From assembly GCF_009914755.1 (NCBI RefSeq), contig NC_060942.1: a stretch of 64,000 nt of DNA. The stretch is one strand, 5' to 3'. Source of the DNA: the human T2T-CHM13v2.0 reference genome, Homo sapiens. Shown here one piece after another: positions 43,203 to 57,329 of this stretch. The position numbers were made by a program, and so were the translations under genes. Under the pieces are notes generated by a model. That model had not been told where the DNA came from. It saw only the letters and a program-made list of their open reading frames with translations, and did no database searches. Numbering within the stretch: the first letter of the stretch is position 1; each line of letters begins with the position of its first letter.

Positions 43203-43469
43203 GGCCAGGTGAGGTGGCTCACACCTGTAACCCCAGCGATGGAGGACAAGGTGGGAAGATTGCTTGAAATCAGGAATTCGAGACCAGCCTGGGCAACATA
43301 GCAAAAACCCATCTCTGCAAAAAATATAAATAAAAATAAAAAAAACTAGCCAGGCATGGTGGTGCACCGTACAGTCCCAGCTCCTTGGGAGGTCAAGGCT
43401 GCAGTAAGCCATGATCGTACCACTGCACTCCAGGCCTGGGTGACAGGGCAAGACCCTGTCTCAAAAAAA
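43203..43469 (+). mobile_element. AluJ with internal deletions
   Basis: gagaccagcctgggcaacatagc; ggaggtcaaggctgcagt. Confidence 0.9.
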
Positions 43470-44987
43470 GTTAAGGCTCTATAAGATGATAAAAGGTTTT
43501 CCACTTTTCAAAGAAAGATATAGAGGTGTCACTCTTTTGCAGTCATTCCTCAAATACCTACTGGAAGCCTGCTACACGTAAAACACCAGACAATGCTGGT
43601 ACTTGCCCTCATATATCTTACAGCCTAGTGGATCATTTGTAGCATCAAATACTTTATGTATATATACGATACACACACAGATACATGCCGTCCACAGAAG
43701 GCATCCTTTTCTCCCAGTCAAAGCTCAGTGAGTCTTTTGAGTGACTGCAGATATGCCCATAATTATGTCTCTATAAATAAGACCATTTCCACCATGGGCA
43801 CATTATTTGTGCTTTTGCGCTTAGTAAATCTGATTAAATTCTCATCTAAAAATTCAACAAAGTCACACTACACCCTATGATTAACACACAATGTCCTTAT
43901 AACCTATGTGCAAATACCAGATACATCCTCCGATAAGATGGCCTCACTTAAATTGGGTCTTGACAGTGCAGAGAGGTTCTGGTAACTGAACATTTTATTC
44001 TCGAAGCTTTATAGACTTCGTTATAAAACTGTGAGATTCTTTCAGAGTTTTCCAATACACAGTGCAAAACATTTTCCTCGACATGTGGCTTATTTGGTTG
44101 AATAGACAATCATTCCCAAAGGGGAGTTGGTACACCTTTTCCCATGCACATGGTCCCATCACTCTCCTTCAACTCATGGGGTAGCGGCATTCCTATTATG
44201 GGAGTCATCGTTCTGCTCTTCTATTAAATGAATTAGGGAAAGTGTGATTGTCTACTTCAAGTTGTTTTCAAGTGAATGTTAAAGAGAAAAGAAAAAAAAG
44301 AAAACAACAACAAAAAAAAACTTTTGAAGAATAATACCCTGTAACTAGAAAATGCTTTGGAACCAGAAGGAAAGACATGTATAGCCTGCATAGAATCCCT
44401 GTGCAAATCCCTCATCTGGAATATGCATAAACCTGCTGTGAGCAAAGTGAAATCTTTCCCCCCTGGTGCCCTTCCTATCAGTAACTCCACATCACTGCTT
44501 GCAATTGACACATCTCTCCCCCCGCCCCACCCCGCTTGATCATTTTGAAAAGTATATGTTATTTTTAAGCGTCAACTTATTTCAGGAATGTGTACAGTCT
44601 TTCTTAATAAACTGCAGATAACAACATAAGAATTGGGAAGCCCCACTTTAATTTCCCCAGACTGGGAGAGGACAGAGGCTGCAAGGATCAATAAAGAGAC
44701 TACAGTACTGGAAACCAGACTCAAATCAAGGACTGGATATAAGCAGCTGGAGCAGAAGTCTTCAGACACCAAGCCCACCCTGACTCCTAGCCCTACTTTT
44801 GGGGAGCCTGCCACAGATGGTACCCCTGCTGACTGCAGGGCCTGGCACAAGCCCCAGGGTCTCCAAGCCATTTGAATGGTATTGAACAGAGCGCAAACCT
44901 ACCTTTACAGCTTCTCTTTCTCAAGGGTACTATGCTGCACACCTTTCTAAATATCAAACTGAACAATGAATGTTAAGAGATGCATCA

Positions 44988-45305
44988 ATGGATGAAGCTG
45001 GAAACCATCATTCTGAGCAAACTGTCGCAAGGAAAGAAAACCAAACACCGCATGTTCTCACTCATGGTGGGAATTGAACAATGAGAACACTTGGACACAG
45101 GGTGGGGAACATCACACACCGGACCCTGTTGTGGGGTGGGGGGAGGGGGGAGGCATAGCATTAGGAGATATACCTAATGTAAATGACGAGTTAATGGGTG
45201 CAGCACACCAACATGGCACATTTATACATATGTAACAAACCTGCACGTTGTGTACATGTACCCTATAACTTAAAGTATAATAGTAATAATAATAAAAAGA
45301 AAGAA
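44988..45305 (+). mobile_element. L1PA4/5-like 3' end
   Basis: atggatgaagctggaaaccatcattct...gcattaggagatatacctaatgtaaatgacgagttaatggg plus A-rich tail. Confidence 0.95.
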
Positions 45306-45389
45306 AAGTCTTATTTAGCAAACACTCATATATAGTGCTTGCTATGTGTCAGGAACAGTTCAAATACTAGGTTATTCAATCTTCAAAAT

Positions 45390-45945
45390 GACCCTATGAT
45401 GATTCAGCAATTCTACTTCTAGGAATGTAACTGAGAGAATCAACAGCAGGAATTCAAACAGATAGCTGTATACCAAGTTCACAGACACATTCATCACAAT
45501 AGACAAAAGGTAGACACAACCCAAATATTCACAGATCAGTGGATCAACAAGCAGACTATCCATACAATTCATTATTATTAGCCTTAAAAGGGAAGGAAAT
45601 TCTAACACATACTATCACATGGATGAACCTTCAGGATGCTATGCTAAGAGAAATAAGCCAGAAAAGGACAAGACTGTATGACTCCACTTACATGAGGGAC
45701 CTAGAAGAGGCAAATCCATAGAGACAGAAAGTAAACTGGTGGGTGCCAGGGGCTGCGAGGAAGGGGTTACTGTTTAATGGGTGCAGAGATTCTGTTTAGG
45801 ATAATGAAAAAGTTCTTGGATGGTGGTCGTGATTGCACACAATGTGAACGTACTTAATGCCACTGAACTGTATACTGAAAAATGGTGAAAATATGGTTAA
45901 AATGGTAAATTGTTATGTGTATTTTACCACAACTAAAAAATGTTT
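45390..45945 (+). mobile_element. L1MB-like 3' region
   Basis: ccttaaaagggaaggaaattct; tactgtttaatgggtgcagag; gtgaacgtacttaatgccactgaactgta. Confidence 0.88.
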
Positions 45946-46049
45946 AAAAGTTAAAAAACAGTAAATTTTACTTATATTTTACCATAATAAAAACAAACAA
46001 CCCTGAAACAGGGAAACAGGTCCTTTACTATAATGCTTATTTTCCAGAT

Positions 46050-46170
46050 GTGGGCACCCCTGGCCAGACCAAACACCACACTGGACACTAGAGACACAGT
46101 AGTGAACAAAACAGCCTCTAGCCCTGCCCTGATAGAACCTGCATTCCACTGGGGAGACACATCAACCATC
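46050..46170 (-). mobile_element. L2 3' end
   Basis: gacacagtagtgaacaaaacag...ccctgccctgatagaacctgcattccactggggagaca. Confidence 0.7.
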
Positions 46171-46524
46171 TTTTAATTCAATTAAGGCAGAGACCACAAA
46201 GTGAAGAATGGAGCTAAGAGGGCAAATCACAGGGGACCACAAAGTGGGGGCTGTCAGGGCAAAGTTGCCAGGAAGCTACAGAATCCCGAGTTATCTGAAA
46301 TGTCTACAGCAAACCCCACATGTCACTCTGGTGAGCAAAGGCCTTGACAAGTCAAGAGCTTGCACACATTCCTGCTCTCAATTCATACGTGGTCCAAGCT
46401 CTAGCAAACTCCCTAGTGAACAGCAGTCATGCGTGAATCATCTCCAGGACCTGATCAAATGGGTCTCAGAACAGCAGCACAGCTCTCCAAGCCTCCAATG
46501 CATTTTCACACCATCTTCTAGCAC

Positions 46525-46930
46525 ACTATGGCAGTGAAGAGCATGCATGGTGAAGCCAGACTTCCTGGGCTTGAATCCCAGCCCTGCTGCTCTCTGGCTC
46601 TGTAACCTTGGGCAAGTTACTAGATCTCTGAATCTCAGCATCTCATTGTAAAATAGGGTTATTAAATGAGCTGACATACAGGAAGTTTTTACAATTCATT
46701 GGTTAGTGTCACAGAAAAAAGCAAGTTTTTAAAAAGTATTTTTTAGAACAATCCTTGCCACATAGAGAGTTAGCTGTTATTCTCATAATCATTATTACCT
46801 TATTCCAACCTCATAAGACCCAAGAGGCAGGTGGGGCAAGATCAAACTGCCCCCAGTTAACATAGGCAATTGAGGCAAAGGAAGAGCAAGTTGCTTGAGT
46901 TTACATTGCTAGTTAGAGCCCCCTACTCTT
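46525..46930. mobile_element. Two MIRs (+ at about 46525-46790, - at about 46800-46930)
   Basis: ttgaatcccagccctgc...gtaaccttgggcaagttact; attgaggcaaaggaagagcaagttgcttg. Confidence 0.7.
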
Positions 46931-47159
46931 CCCACCACACTGTGGCACTTACGATAATTCAAAAGCATTTGATGAAAATTTCTAGCATCTCAACCATATT
47001 TGGGCACCTATTATATACCAGATACCGGCCATCCTTTCTTCTAGTGCCTGTAGGAACCAAGAACCCAGGTTCTCCAAGCCCATCATCTTGGTCTGTAATC
47101 CCAGCAGCCAAGTTTTGAACGCTTCACTTTATCTACTGGAAAACTGGGCTAAGAGAACA

Positions 47160-48040
47160 AGCTTTTACTGAGCACCTACAACAGATGCAGTGCTCTACAT
47201 TACAGGGAAGACAAGAGTGGTCAAACTCATGGTATCTGCCACCCTTCACACCTGGTAGAGGAGGTAAGGAGTCCTCAGCTGAAAGAGAACAATGGAGGGG
47301 CAGATACCACTAATTGCTGAGCCCTGGTGGAGCGCATAAAAGGTAGAGGAATCCAGCTAAGCCAGTCAAGTGTAAGTTGATGTAATCAGGGAAAACCTCA
47401 CGGAAGAGGTGGGATTTAGGTGGGGCTTTAAAGATTGCTTACTGGGATGATCAATTTTATGTGTCAACTTATGTGGCCACTGGGTGCCCACACATTTGGC
47501 CAAGCACTATTCTGGGTGTGTCCATGAAGCTGTTTCTAGATGAGGTTAACATCTGAGTCAGTCGACTGAGTAAAGCAGGTTGCCCTCCCCACTGCGGGTG
47601 GGCCTCATGCAATCAGTTGAAAACCCAATTAGAACAAAAAGTCTGGGTAAAAGGGAACCCTGCCTGTTTGAGCTGGGACACTGCTATTTTTCCCACCTTC
47701 AGACTCAAACTGAGACATGAGCTCTTTCCAGGTCTCAAGCCTGCTGGCTTTTGGAACTTACACCACTGACTCTGCTGGTTCTCAGGCCTTTGGACTCAGC
47801 CTGGAACTACACCATCAGCTCTCCTGGGTTTCCAGCTTGCTGAATGCAGATCTTAGGACCTGTTGGCCTCTGTAATTGTGTGAGTAATTCCATAATATAT
47901 AAATATGTGTATTTCCTATAGTTATCTTTCTCTAGAGAATCCTAATACACTACTATTGGTTTGGCAGAGAGTAAAAGGGGAGGAAAGCTTCCAGAAGTCT
48001 AAGAAATTGAATGAAAAGCGAAGATGTGAAAAAATGAGAG
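47160..48040 (-). mobile_element. L2 interrupted by an MLT2 LTR
   Basis: tttactgagcacctac; cagggaaaacctcacggaagaggtgggattta; L2-like sequence resumes after 47950. Confidence 0.55.
47443..47949 (+). mobile_element. MLT2 (B/D-like) ERVL solo LTR
   Basis: aattttatgtgtcaactt...gactgagtaaagcaggttgccctccc...tctagagaatcctaataca. Confidence 0.9.
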
Positions 48041-49339
48041 AATAGGAAGGCCATGAGAAAATGGCTTTGAAGGGGGAGAGAGAACAAACAGGAATGAGGA
48101 CTGTGAGGTGCAACAGCTGATCTGAGAACAGCTGATGGATTCTGAACATGACCCTCCACACAGGTAGATGGGGTGCCTGTGATCTTGAGAATCACACAAA
48201 AGCAGAGTTTAGGAGAAGTGATCCCACATGGATAAGCGTAGAAAAGCCTGGAGCCCAGGAGGCCAGCAGCATATACCTGTCCAGGTAGGAGAAGACATGT
48301 GGGGTGCGATAGCAGCGCCTAGCTCAGTGACAGGAAGTCTCTCGTGCCTTGAGAACAGAGGACTCTCACACTCCCTTGGATTTATCAACAGCTCGGAGAG
48401 CAGTTCTGCACCCTGCCCAGGTACAAAGGCCAAAGAGCCCAGGGAGAAGGCCACGTGCCAGCACCTAAGAATCCGAGATCCTTTACACATCCCCAGTCTG
48501 TCACTCAAGCCCTCCGGGTCTCAGTTTCCCTCCCTGTGACATGCGTACCAGAAGGAATGTGAGGATAAAATGTGAAAGAACATTAGAGGAGGAAGTGGCC
48601 CAGTGAGAAGGGGGAAACCACCTTCCACCAGAAACTGCTTTGGTGTGAAGCCTCAGAATACCCAATCAGCGGCTGCCGGCTGGAAAAGCAGGCTTTTTAT
48701 TGACAAACCCGCAGAGGATCACCTTCACAAAACACACCCAGGGCCTAATTAAAATCACAGAAGAACCACCTGCCAAATCTCACGGTAAGTCACTGCTTAA
48801 TGCAGGGCTGTCAGAGCCGGCTCAGGAGAATGAGGTGGCAGGGAATGCTCAGTGATGTGAAAGGAGCCCAGGCCAGGCCCCACGGTGGTGGGAGCATGGC
48901 CTGATGGACGGAGAGGGATGGAGGGCTGGGCCCAAGCAGGACTGTGGAGAGGGCAGGGACTTCCCAGTACAGCAATTCCTGGAGCTGGAGCTAGAGCTTA
49001 TCTCACATTTACAATCCCATAGACTCCAGCAAATGCTGTCCACACAGCACACTTACCACAAACCCAGGGCATCCCTTTCTCCTCAAGGGAACTTCAACAG
49101 ACAAGCTTCTGCCCTATATTAATTGTCATGCCACCAATGTAACTAAAACACCATATATATTCCATGAAAGGAAACAGGAAATGAACTCCGATAAGGCAGA
49201 AAACTCAAATCACTGGAGCTCTTGTCCAGCATTCTGATTTAAGGAATGCAGGCAAATGATCCACGAGCTAATACCAGAGATGTGATCATAACAGCTGTAC
49301 TTACAGACACCTCACCATACGCCAGCCCATTTCCTAGAG

Positions 49340-49520
49340 CCTTTCTGTAGTAACTTCTTTAATTCCCACAGCCCTATGAAACATCATCTCCATTTTGCAG
49401 ATGAGGAAACTAAATGTGAAGAAGTGGAATAACTTGCCCGAGGTCCCTAGGGAGTAGCAGAGCTGGAATCTGAGTCCAGGCAAGAATCTAGATCCCAAAA
49501 CCTGAGCCCTTTTCAAGAGT
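49340..49520 (-). mobile_element. MIR
   Basis: ccattttgcagatgaggaaact...taacttgcccgaggtc...gcagagctggaat. Confidence 0.85.
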
Positions 49521-50749
49521 GCCAAAGTTCAAAAATCCTCTATACCTTGCATCTCTAAACCAAATCATGGGACTAGTACAGGAGCCTCCGCCAACAAGAA
49601 AAGTCAGAAGAGGGGCTTTGTTTTGTCTCCTGATTTTTCTCAATTTTCTAAAATGAACATGAAGTGCTTCTTTAGACAGAAAAATGAAAACTAAACCAAC
49701 TTTTTTTCCCAATGACCACCCCCCCACCTCCTGCAGTCTTCCTTCAAACCCTTCCCAGGAGCAGTGCAGCTCAGAGCTCTCTACCCTACCTGAGCACTCA
49801 GCATGTTCAGCACAGCCTGCACTGAATTAGCTCCTCAAAAACAGAAACATTGATGCAACCACAGCAAGGCTGAGTGCCAGGCAGGCCACCAGGAGACTGG
49901 GCTGGAATCAGCTGTCAGCTACCTAGTGATCCAATTAAGAAATGTTGGTTAATACTGGGGGTACAATTAAAAATACATCAGCCATATTTTTTTAAGCCTC
50001 TTGTGATTTTTTCAAGAACTTCCTTGAAATAAAAAGCTTTGCTCATTATCGATTAGCCAGCAGAAGGCATCAGGACTTATAATTAAGTTTTCTTGGATAA
50101 GGAAAAACTCCCAGTTGCCCTGTAGAATTTGACGAATGGCAATCAGATGGCTTATGCCTGAGCACTTCCTTAGGGCCTCCAGAAGGAAACCTGTACAACC
50201 TTGGTAGCTTCTGGAGGTTACCCTGAGATGTACACACATGCGGTTCATTTCTGTGGCTCTAGGAAGGTCTTCCTGGGCATTGGCAAAGGCTCCTTCAAAA
50301 GGAGACAAGAAGAATGAGAACGAGCAATATCCACCCTACCTGAACTGGTGGGTACTGATGCAGAAATCAGGAAATTAAAAGCACCCTCCGTGGATTTATT
50401 GTTTAATCATGAACACCAGGCCTGAATTCTAAGAACACCGGTGAAATACAAGCCAGTTAGAACGGTTCAGATGAACCAACAATATCATCTACACAGGATG
50501 CCACAAACTCTTCCCTGGCCATTTTTCATCTGCTCAAATTTGCAAAAGACTCGTTTTACAAAACGACTGTGATGTGCACTGCTAACAGGAAATGGGTAAG
50601 GAATCCCGAATAAGCTCATCTCTCAGGAAAAGGTAGTTTCCCTTTTGGCTTTATCACCCTAACCAAGCTCCTCTCCTTCCAGGGGACTTCAGGAGTCATT
50701 TATCCCAAGCTGAGTAGTTACATGGCAGAAAAACCTCTAGCCCCATGCC

Positions 50750-50930
50750 TATCATGTTCCAGCTATGGAATGTGCAGCAAGCCTCTTCCTCCAATCTTCA
50801 ATTCTTACAACTGATGAACAGGAATCAAGTTCTGCTTAGGTCACAGGGCTTTCTGTGAGAATCAAATGAGATGACATCTAGCACGGCACTTTAAAAGCAT
50901 TAAAGCCCTATACTAGCTAATATTAGTCAT
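50750..50930 (+). mobile_element. MIR fragment
   Basis: cacagggctttctgtgagaatcaaatgagatga. Confidence 0.6.
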
Positions 50931-52024
50931 TAATTGCATGGAATCATAGAATAGAATGCATAGAAACTTAGTCCTGAAAGGGAGTCCTAATTTGAAAACT
51001 ATTTGATAAAACTCACACTGCAGGCTCTAACCCACCAACTCACTGGCCTTTTGTTGCCAGACTTTGGCTATCAGGAAGAAACATCCCACTCCATCCAAGC
51101 ACATTTGTACCATGACTCTTTGAGCACACCAATAGGACTATGAAACAGGCAGCCAAATCCCTATCAAAAATGGCCTCATCAAATCACATCCAAAGTTAGA
51201 GTCCAAGGAAAAATAATAGGTACTGAGCCCACTCCCTCACTCCTGCCACTTCCTACAGACACTTTCAATCAAGCCACCTTTCTGACATTGGCCACAAGCA
51301 TTTCAATATTGGCATGGCACTTGGCCCAGTGCTTTGTACTCCCTGGAGCTAAATTATCATCATAAGTATTATTATTCTTTGATAGCAAGGTAGGCTGAAT
51401 GGTGCATTAAAAGCATTTGTAGCTCAAAAACCTATGGGGGCAACAGGCAGTTTGAAAGCATTTAGCTGGATACAGTACTGAGATCAGTGAAAAAGCTCAT
51501 TTGTCACCATGACAGGAGGTGATAATGTGACATTTCACAAGTTTCAAAACAGCAGGGGAAACCACCTCCCCTCTATTATTTGTAGCAATGCTGGACTCCC
51601 AAACACACACTCTGCATGAACTATGAATCACTCTAATTATTCAGCAGGCTGAATACCAAACCAATCACCATCCACAATCAGATCTGGACCTGAACTTTTT
51701 GTGAAGAGAGAACATTTCTCATTTCTGTACCTGCAGTTTTCCCCCATTGGCACTATTTTTTCCCAAACAATAATTTGCAGAATTCTTTATTGAAAGGGGC
51801 TCCTGCTTCCACAGTGGGCTTAGCAAAATATACCACATTTCCTGTTTTCTTCCCTCTTCCCAAGTGTGCCAATACTTCCTCCCCACTTTAAGAATAAAAT
51901 CAAGAACAAAACACAAGCATTATCCCCCAAACCCTCACTTGCTCTCCGCTTTGAAACAGTGGCCACGGCAGTCCTTTTAGGATCCTCTGGAAATTTAAGA
52001 ACATTTGGGCATGGTTGGAGGAGC

Positions 52025-52250
52025 AGAGCATAATGGTTACACGTCAAGTGCTCAAATCTTGGTGCAGCTACTTCTTAGCTGTGTGACCTTATCCAAGTTA
52101 CTAAACCTCTCTGGGTTTCAGTTTAATTATGTAAAGTTGAGGTAGTAGAGACTTGTGTCCTTCTGTCGTTGTAAAGATTGAATATGAGATTAATATATAT
52201 TCCAGGTACTGTGATATGACATCACAATGGTTCTGTGTAAATTAATAATG
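52025..52250 (+). mobile_element. MIR
   Basis: tagctgtgtgaccttatccaagttactaaacctctctgggtttcagttt. Confidence 0.8.
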
Positions 52251-53448
52251 CTGATATATAACATTAACTCTTTCTAGGCCGACAAGTCCAGTCAACAGCA
52301 GTCTGCCATAGGCTGGGGAAGAAAATGAACATTAATACTTATTTCACTTGTGCTCAGTAAAATGCTTATCTCCACCATGCTCCCCTCTTCTCTGCCATCT
52401 CTCTTCCTGGGAATAGGGTTGCCTGCTCAGAATTAGCCCAGGAATAGATTATGGTGGTTGCCACTAAGCAAGTGGATAGAGAAAATTCGCATGGGTTGAA
52501 CCTCCAATGTTTAAACATAGTTAAGTGGGAGCATGAGACAAAAACTTCCAAGTACCTTGGCTGAAGCGTGAAAGGCAGGTAAGTTCTATAAGGAAATACC
52601 TTTTAATCCCTTAAATCATTTCACACTGCTTTCCTCCACCTCCTTCTCACAGCTCCCTGGTTACATATACATCCATAGCTTCAACCACTGGGATGTATTT
52701 AAAAGCCTTCTTAATTTAAATCAGTGGGAGGGGGAAATTTTTTTCTACTAATTTAGAGAGACCCAAGTTCATAGTTTTTTGCTTTTTGTTTTAAATAAGC
52801 CTGGAAGATGATTCTCCAAGACCAGTCTATGCTGCTGAGGGCAGAATTAATCCAGAATATGACTGTTTCCTTCCTGGAAAAGCAAAAATATCAATGAGGA
52901 GGAGTGAGTCTCAAGTTCCTTATCCATGGCCCCCTTCAAAGTACTTCAACACAGACTACATATCCCAGGCAAAAAGAGATTCAAGCCATACAGAAACACT
53001 ATTTTTGTTCTCTGTCTTCTCTAGTGCTCTCCTCAAATTGGAAAAGGTAAAAATAAGCACAAACAAAATAACCACAAAGAAGATACTACATCCCAAGATC
53101 AGAGAGGAGTTCATGAGAGTGCTTGCTGCCTTAAACGAGGCTAATGTTTGGGCCTTAATGCTATTCCAAAGTATTAAAAGAACCTTCAATAGAAAGAGTG
53201 AAAGCTCATATGGTGCAGACGTCAGAAACATGACCCAGAAGGAAAAGGTAGGTGCAGACACAACTGCTGAAGCTGCCCAGTGAAGGAAGTTGACTCAAGA
53301 ACCAAGAGAAGTCATGTGATGAGCCCAGAAATCCCTCCATCCCTCCGTCCGTCCGTCTGTCTGTCTGTCCCCCCACTGCAACCCCATGACTGTCCTGGTA
53401 TATTACACTCCAGCTTATTCCTCACTTTGCAAGGTGGGGCTTATACAG

Positions 53449-53600
53449 CAGTGGCTGTCAGACTCTGATCTTTAACAGAATCACCTGGGGCACTTGGTCA
53501 AAACACAAAGGCCCAGGCCCCTCCCACCTCCAGGAGCCTGGGACTCCGCATTCTTCATCAGCTCTCCAGGTGATTCTAGATGCAAAGTTTGAGAACCATA
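53449..53600. mobile_element. MER5A/B
   Basis: cagtgg...agaatcacctgggg...ccaggtgattct...aaagtttgagaacca. Confidence 0.75.
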
Positions 53601-53649
53601 TGGCCACAAAAAAAAGGAGGGAGGTGGGGGGAGTTATTTAAACACAAAA

Positions 53650-53950
53650 GGGAGCAATCTTTGAGATATCTTTAAGAGAAAGACACAAGTGCAGAACAGT
53701 GTGTTTAGCATGCTGCCTTATGTATAAGAAAAGATGGGGCAATGAAAATAAAGGTTTTTTAAAGATGGGAGTGAGACAGATACAAGATATATAGATATAG
53801 AGTATCTCTAAAAAGATCCACAAGAAACCTGTTACACTGGTTGCTCCCGGAAAAAGGAACTGCCTGACTGGGGACAAAGGCAGAAGGAAAACATCACCAT
53901 ATTGCTTTTCAGCTCTTTGAATTTAACTACACAGATACATTATCAAATAA
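53650..53950 (+). mobile_element. Old L1 (L1ME/L1MC-like) 3' fragment
   Basis: aagtgcagaacagtgtgtttagcatgctgcc; cacaagaaacctgttacactggttgc. Confidence 0.6.
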
Positions 53951-54034
53951 ATTTGTTGTTCAAACTTCAAAGGGATAGACAGAGGCACATAAAAACAAGT
54001 AAAAATAGTGATTAAGGGATAAAAATAGCCGCGT

Positions 54035-54368
<334 letters not shown>

Positions 54369-55649
54369 TCAAGGGTTAGTATTCCAGAGCTCTCAGTGAT
54401 TTCTTGCATGTAAGAACCCTTCTCTTCTGCCTGGGCTGCACCGAGGCTCCAGAAGTCAAAGAGAGACACTCCATCCACCTGCTGAGGGAAACGGTGCCCT
54501 GGGGATTGCTCACGAGGCACTTCATATATTCTCTTCATGGAATTTTTGTCTTCCAAGTCAACTGCTAACTCTTTGAAAGAACAGACTATTCCTCAACCAC
54601 CTTAATTATCTCCCTTGATGCTTGAAGTCACTTAATCAATGCCTACAGACACTTACTCAGATCTGTCTTTGCAAGAGATAAAACAATCATTTATAACTAG
54701 ATTCAGAGCTTTGAAATTAAGTTCCTCAACTGTTTGTTATACAGGCTGATTTGGATTGCTCTGCCTGATTGTAATAAGTGTGTTCCTCTAAGATAATGCC
54801 CTCCACTCTTCCTCTTTAAATACACATATCAACCGGGAAATACACAAGGCAACAAGAGTCTATTTCTCCTGACCCAACTGCCAACAAAATTCTGCCCTCA
54901 AGTGTTTGTATCCTGCCTCATATTCCTGAGACCATCTCCCACTTCTTACTCCCTGTACTACTTTGGAAGAGAAAAATAGCCACATTTCCTTCCAATTTCA
55001 CTTCTCTCCTCCCTTCAAGAAAGCCTGCTTGCTTTGAGGTTTTTCAAGACAGTCTAGCAGACAGGCGAGTCCAGAAGACTCAACCTTTCAACCTACAAAG
55101 TTTAGGGAAAGTGAAAAGATATCAATTATGTAATGATGAAAGGAGAATGGATAATCCAACATGTCAAGAGATGATCATATTCGTCTTTGCCAGATTCAAA
55201 AATCCACTTTACAGTTGACATCACTCCCATCTGTATGTACACGCACACACCTTTCTCTGGACAGACTGAAACCCTCTAGGTAAAGAGACAAGGATTCCAA
55301 GGATGTCCCAAAGACACCTCTCTGGTTGAAAGGGCTAAGTATTCAATCTAGATAAATCATTCCCAGAGAGAAGATAATATGTATTTAAATGGCTAATTTC
55401 ATCATTTTTGGTGTATTACTTAAATGAAGTGGGATTGGTTAAAGACAATTGAGATTCCATGCACGCTGTCTTACTATTGTAAAAGCAGGTTTTTAAACAG
55501 CTACATCCTGTTAGACTGTTAGAAACTGCTAGGAGGTGACCTGGAGACCCTGTCCATGAACTTGGGAGGAAACACTGCACAGTGCTAAGTGCCAAGGACA
55601 CACAACAGGCCCTTGATAGGTGTGCCTGCAAGTGGTCTAACAGTTTTAC

Positions 55650-55800
55650 AGTATGTCAATTTACAATGCGCTTTTCATGTCCTCTCTTTTCATCCATACA
55701 AAAACTCGTGAGACAGAGAGTGTTCGTTATCATCCTATTTGACAGGTGAGGAATCAAGAGGTGAAGTAGTTTGCCCATGGTCACACAGCCTGAATGCAGC
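55650..55800 (-). mobile_element. MIR
   Basis: cctatttgacaggtgaggaatcaagaggtgaagtagtttgcccatggtcacacagc. Confidence 0.75.
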
Positions 55801-56414
55801 AGGTCCTCTAAGCCTGCCCCACAGCATTCTTCCACGGTATCACACGTCTGTCACGCATACAGCTTTGGAGCTCTGTGGCCTCACATGGCCGGCTAATTCA
55901 GGAGCTTCACAGGAGGATGAAACTGATAACTCAGGTGATATTCCCAAGGTCCCACAGTATGTACTTAGAGAAGCCTTCCTGTGGTCTTGCCATTTAACTA
56001 GAGGAACGCTTTCAACTGGAGTGGCCACGTTAGGGTCTAAGATACACCCATAATACTATCTACCTGCCTTTAGTCTCTGAAAGGACATCAACTGGATATT
56101 TGTTTTTTGTTTTTTTTTTACTTTTTTTTTTTTTTTTTGCATCCATGCAAATTGCTAAGAAAGGAAGTCGGGATGGTAATATTACCAGGTGATGATACAA
56201 GTAAACATTAGCTGACAAGTGTGCTGACATCTTCCCTAGGTAGATGGCTCTTGCTCATTCTTTTTAACCTCTTCAAATCTAAATCAGACTCCAAGGCTTA
56301 GTTCAAAACTGATCTCCAAAAGGCCACTTTTTGGAGGTAGGGGTATGTGTGTATATGTGTGTGTACAAACATGCACAGTTCTTGTGCAACCAAAGTTGGT
56401 AACTGCATGGAAGG

Positions 56415-56620
56415 AGTACAGATCTTAGGGTCTAAGGCATCTGGGTTCAAATCTTAACCCTGCCACTTAGTGGCTCTTTAGTAAAGCAGTATCCTCATTT
56501 AACTTCTCTCAAATGTTACTAAGAAGACAACCTCCTACACTTGGAGAATTATAGCAAAGATGAAAGAAAACGATGGTGTCAGACCCCTTATCACAAAGGC
56601 ATTCAATAAATTACCATTAG
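56415..56620 (+). mobile_element. MIR
   Basis: ctgggttcaaatcttaaccctgccacttag. Confidence 0.6.
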
Positions 56621-57329
56621 CCCCACAAAGCATTCCCTAACTACCCAACTCCTAAACTCCATCTTCAATTGCCAGAATATCTATAGGCCCTGTTATAGGC
56701 ACTTGTGTATTATAGTCACTAGTGGTAACAGTTTATCTGCCCGAGTAGATTAAACACTTTACAAGGTAGGGTCTGGGAGGGAGGCTAGTGCTTACTTTTA
56801 TGTCCCTCATGGATTCTTAGAAGATGATAGTAAGGACTCCAATATTTTGAAATGAGCTAATTCAAGTGAACACAAGTTTCAAGCAATTGCAAAAAGAACA
56901 GTGGCCACGAGGGCAGTTTATTTCACATACAATCAAAAGGCTCTGCAGACCTGCATACCAACGAGGCACTCCAGGTTCCCCTGAAGGATTCTTAGCCTAT
57001 CTACCAAAAGGGAAAATCTATACTCCACTTACATTTTGAACAAACATTATTTCAGGGCCTGCTTTATGCCAGCACTGTGTAAGGCCCCAAGAAACCCAAA
57101 GATGACTAAGACATGGAACCCACCTTCAAAGCAGCCCTCAAATAAAAGAATGCCATCAACTAAAAATTTATGCAAATGGTGAAGGAACCTAGACAAGGTC
57201 CTGTCCTGCCAACCTCTAGGCTCAGTTTTCTCAGCTGGAAACGAGGAAGCTGTATAGATTATCTTCAATGACTATTGCAGCTCTGTCAATTAGCCCATTA
57301 ATAAATTGCCTCAAAACAGCTAAGTTTCT

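Noticed and set aside
56101-56138. Orphan poly-T tract as a possible retrocopy tail
   Set aside because: No TSD and no SINE or mRNA body adjacent.
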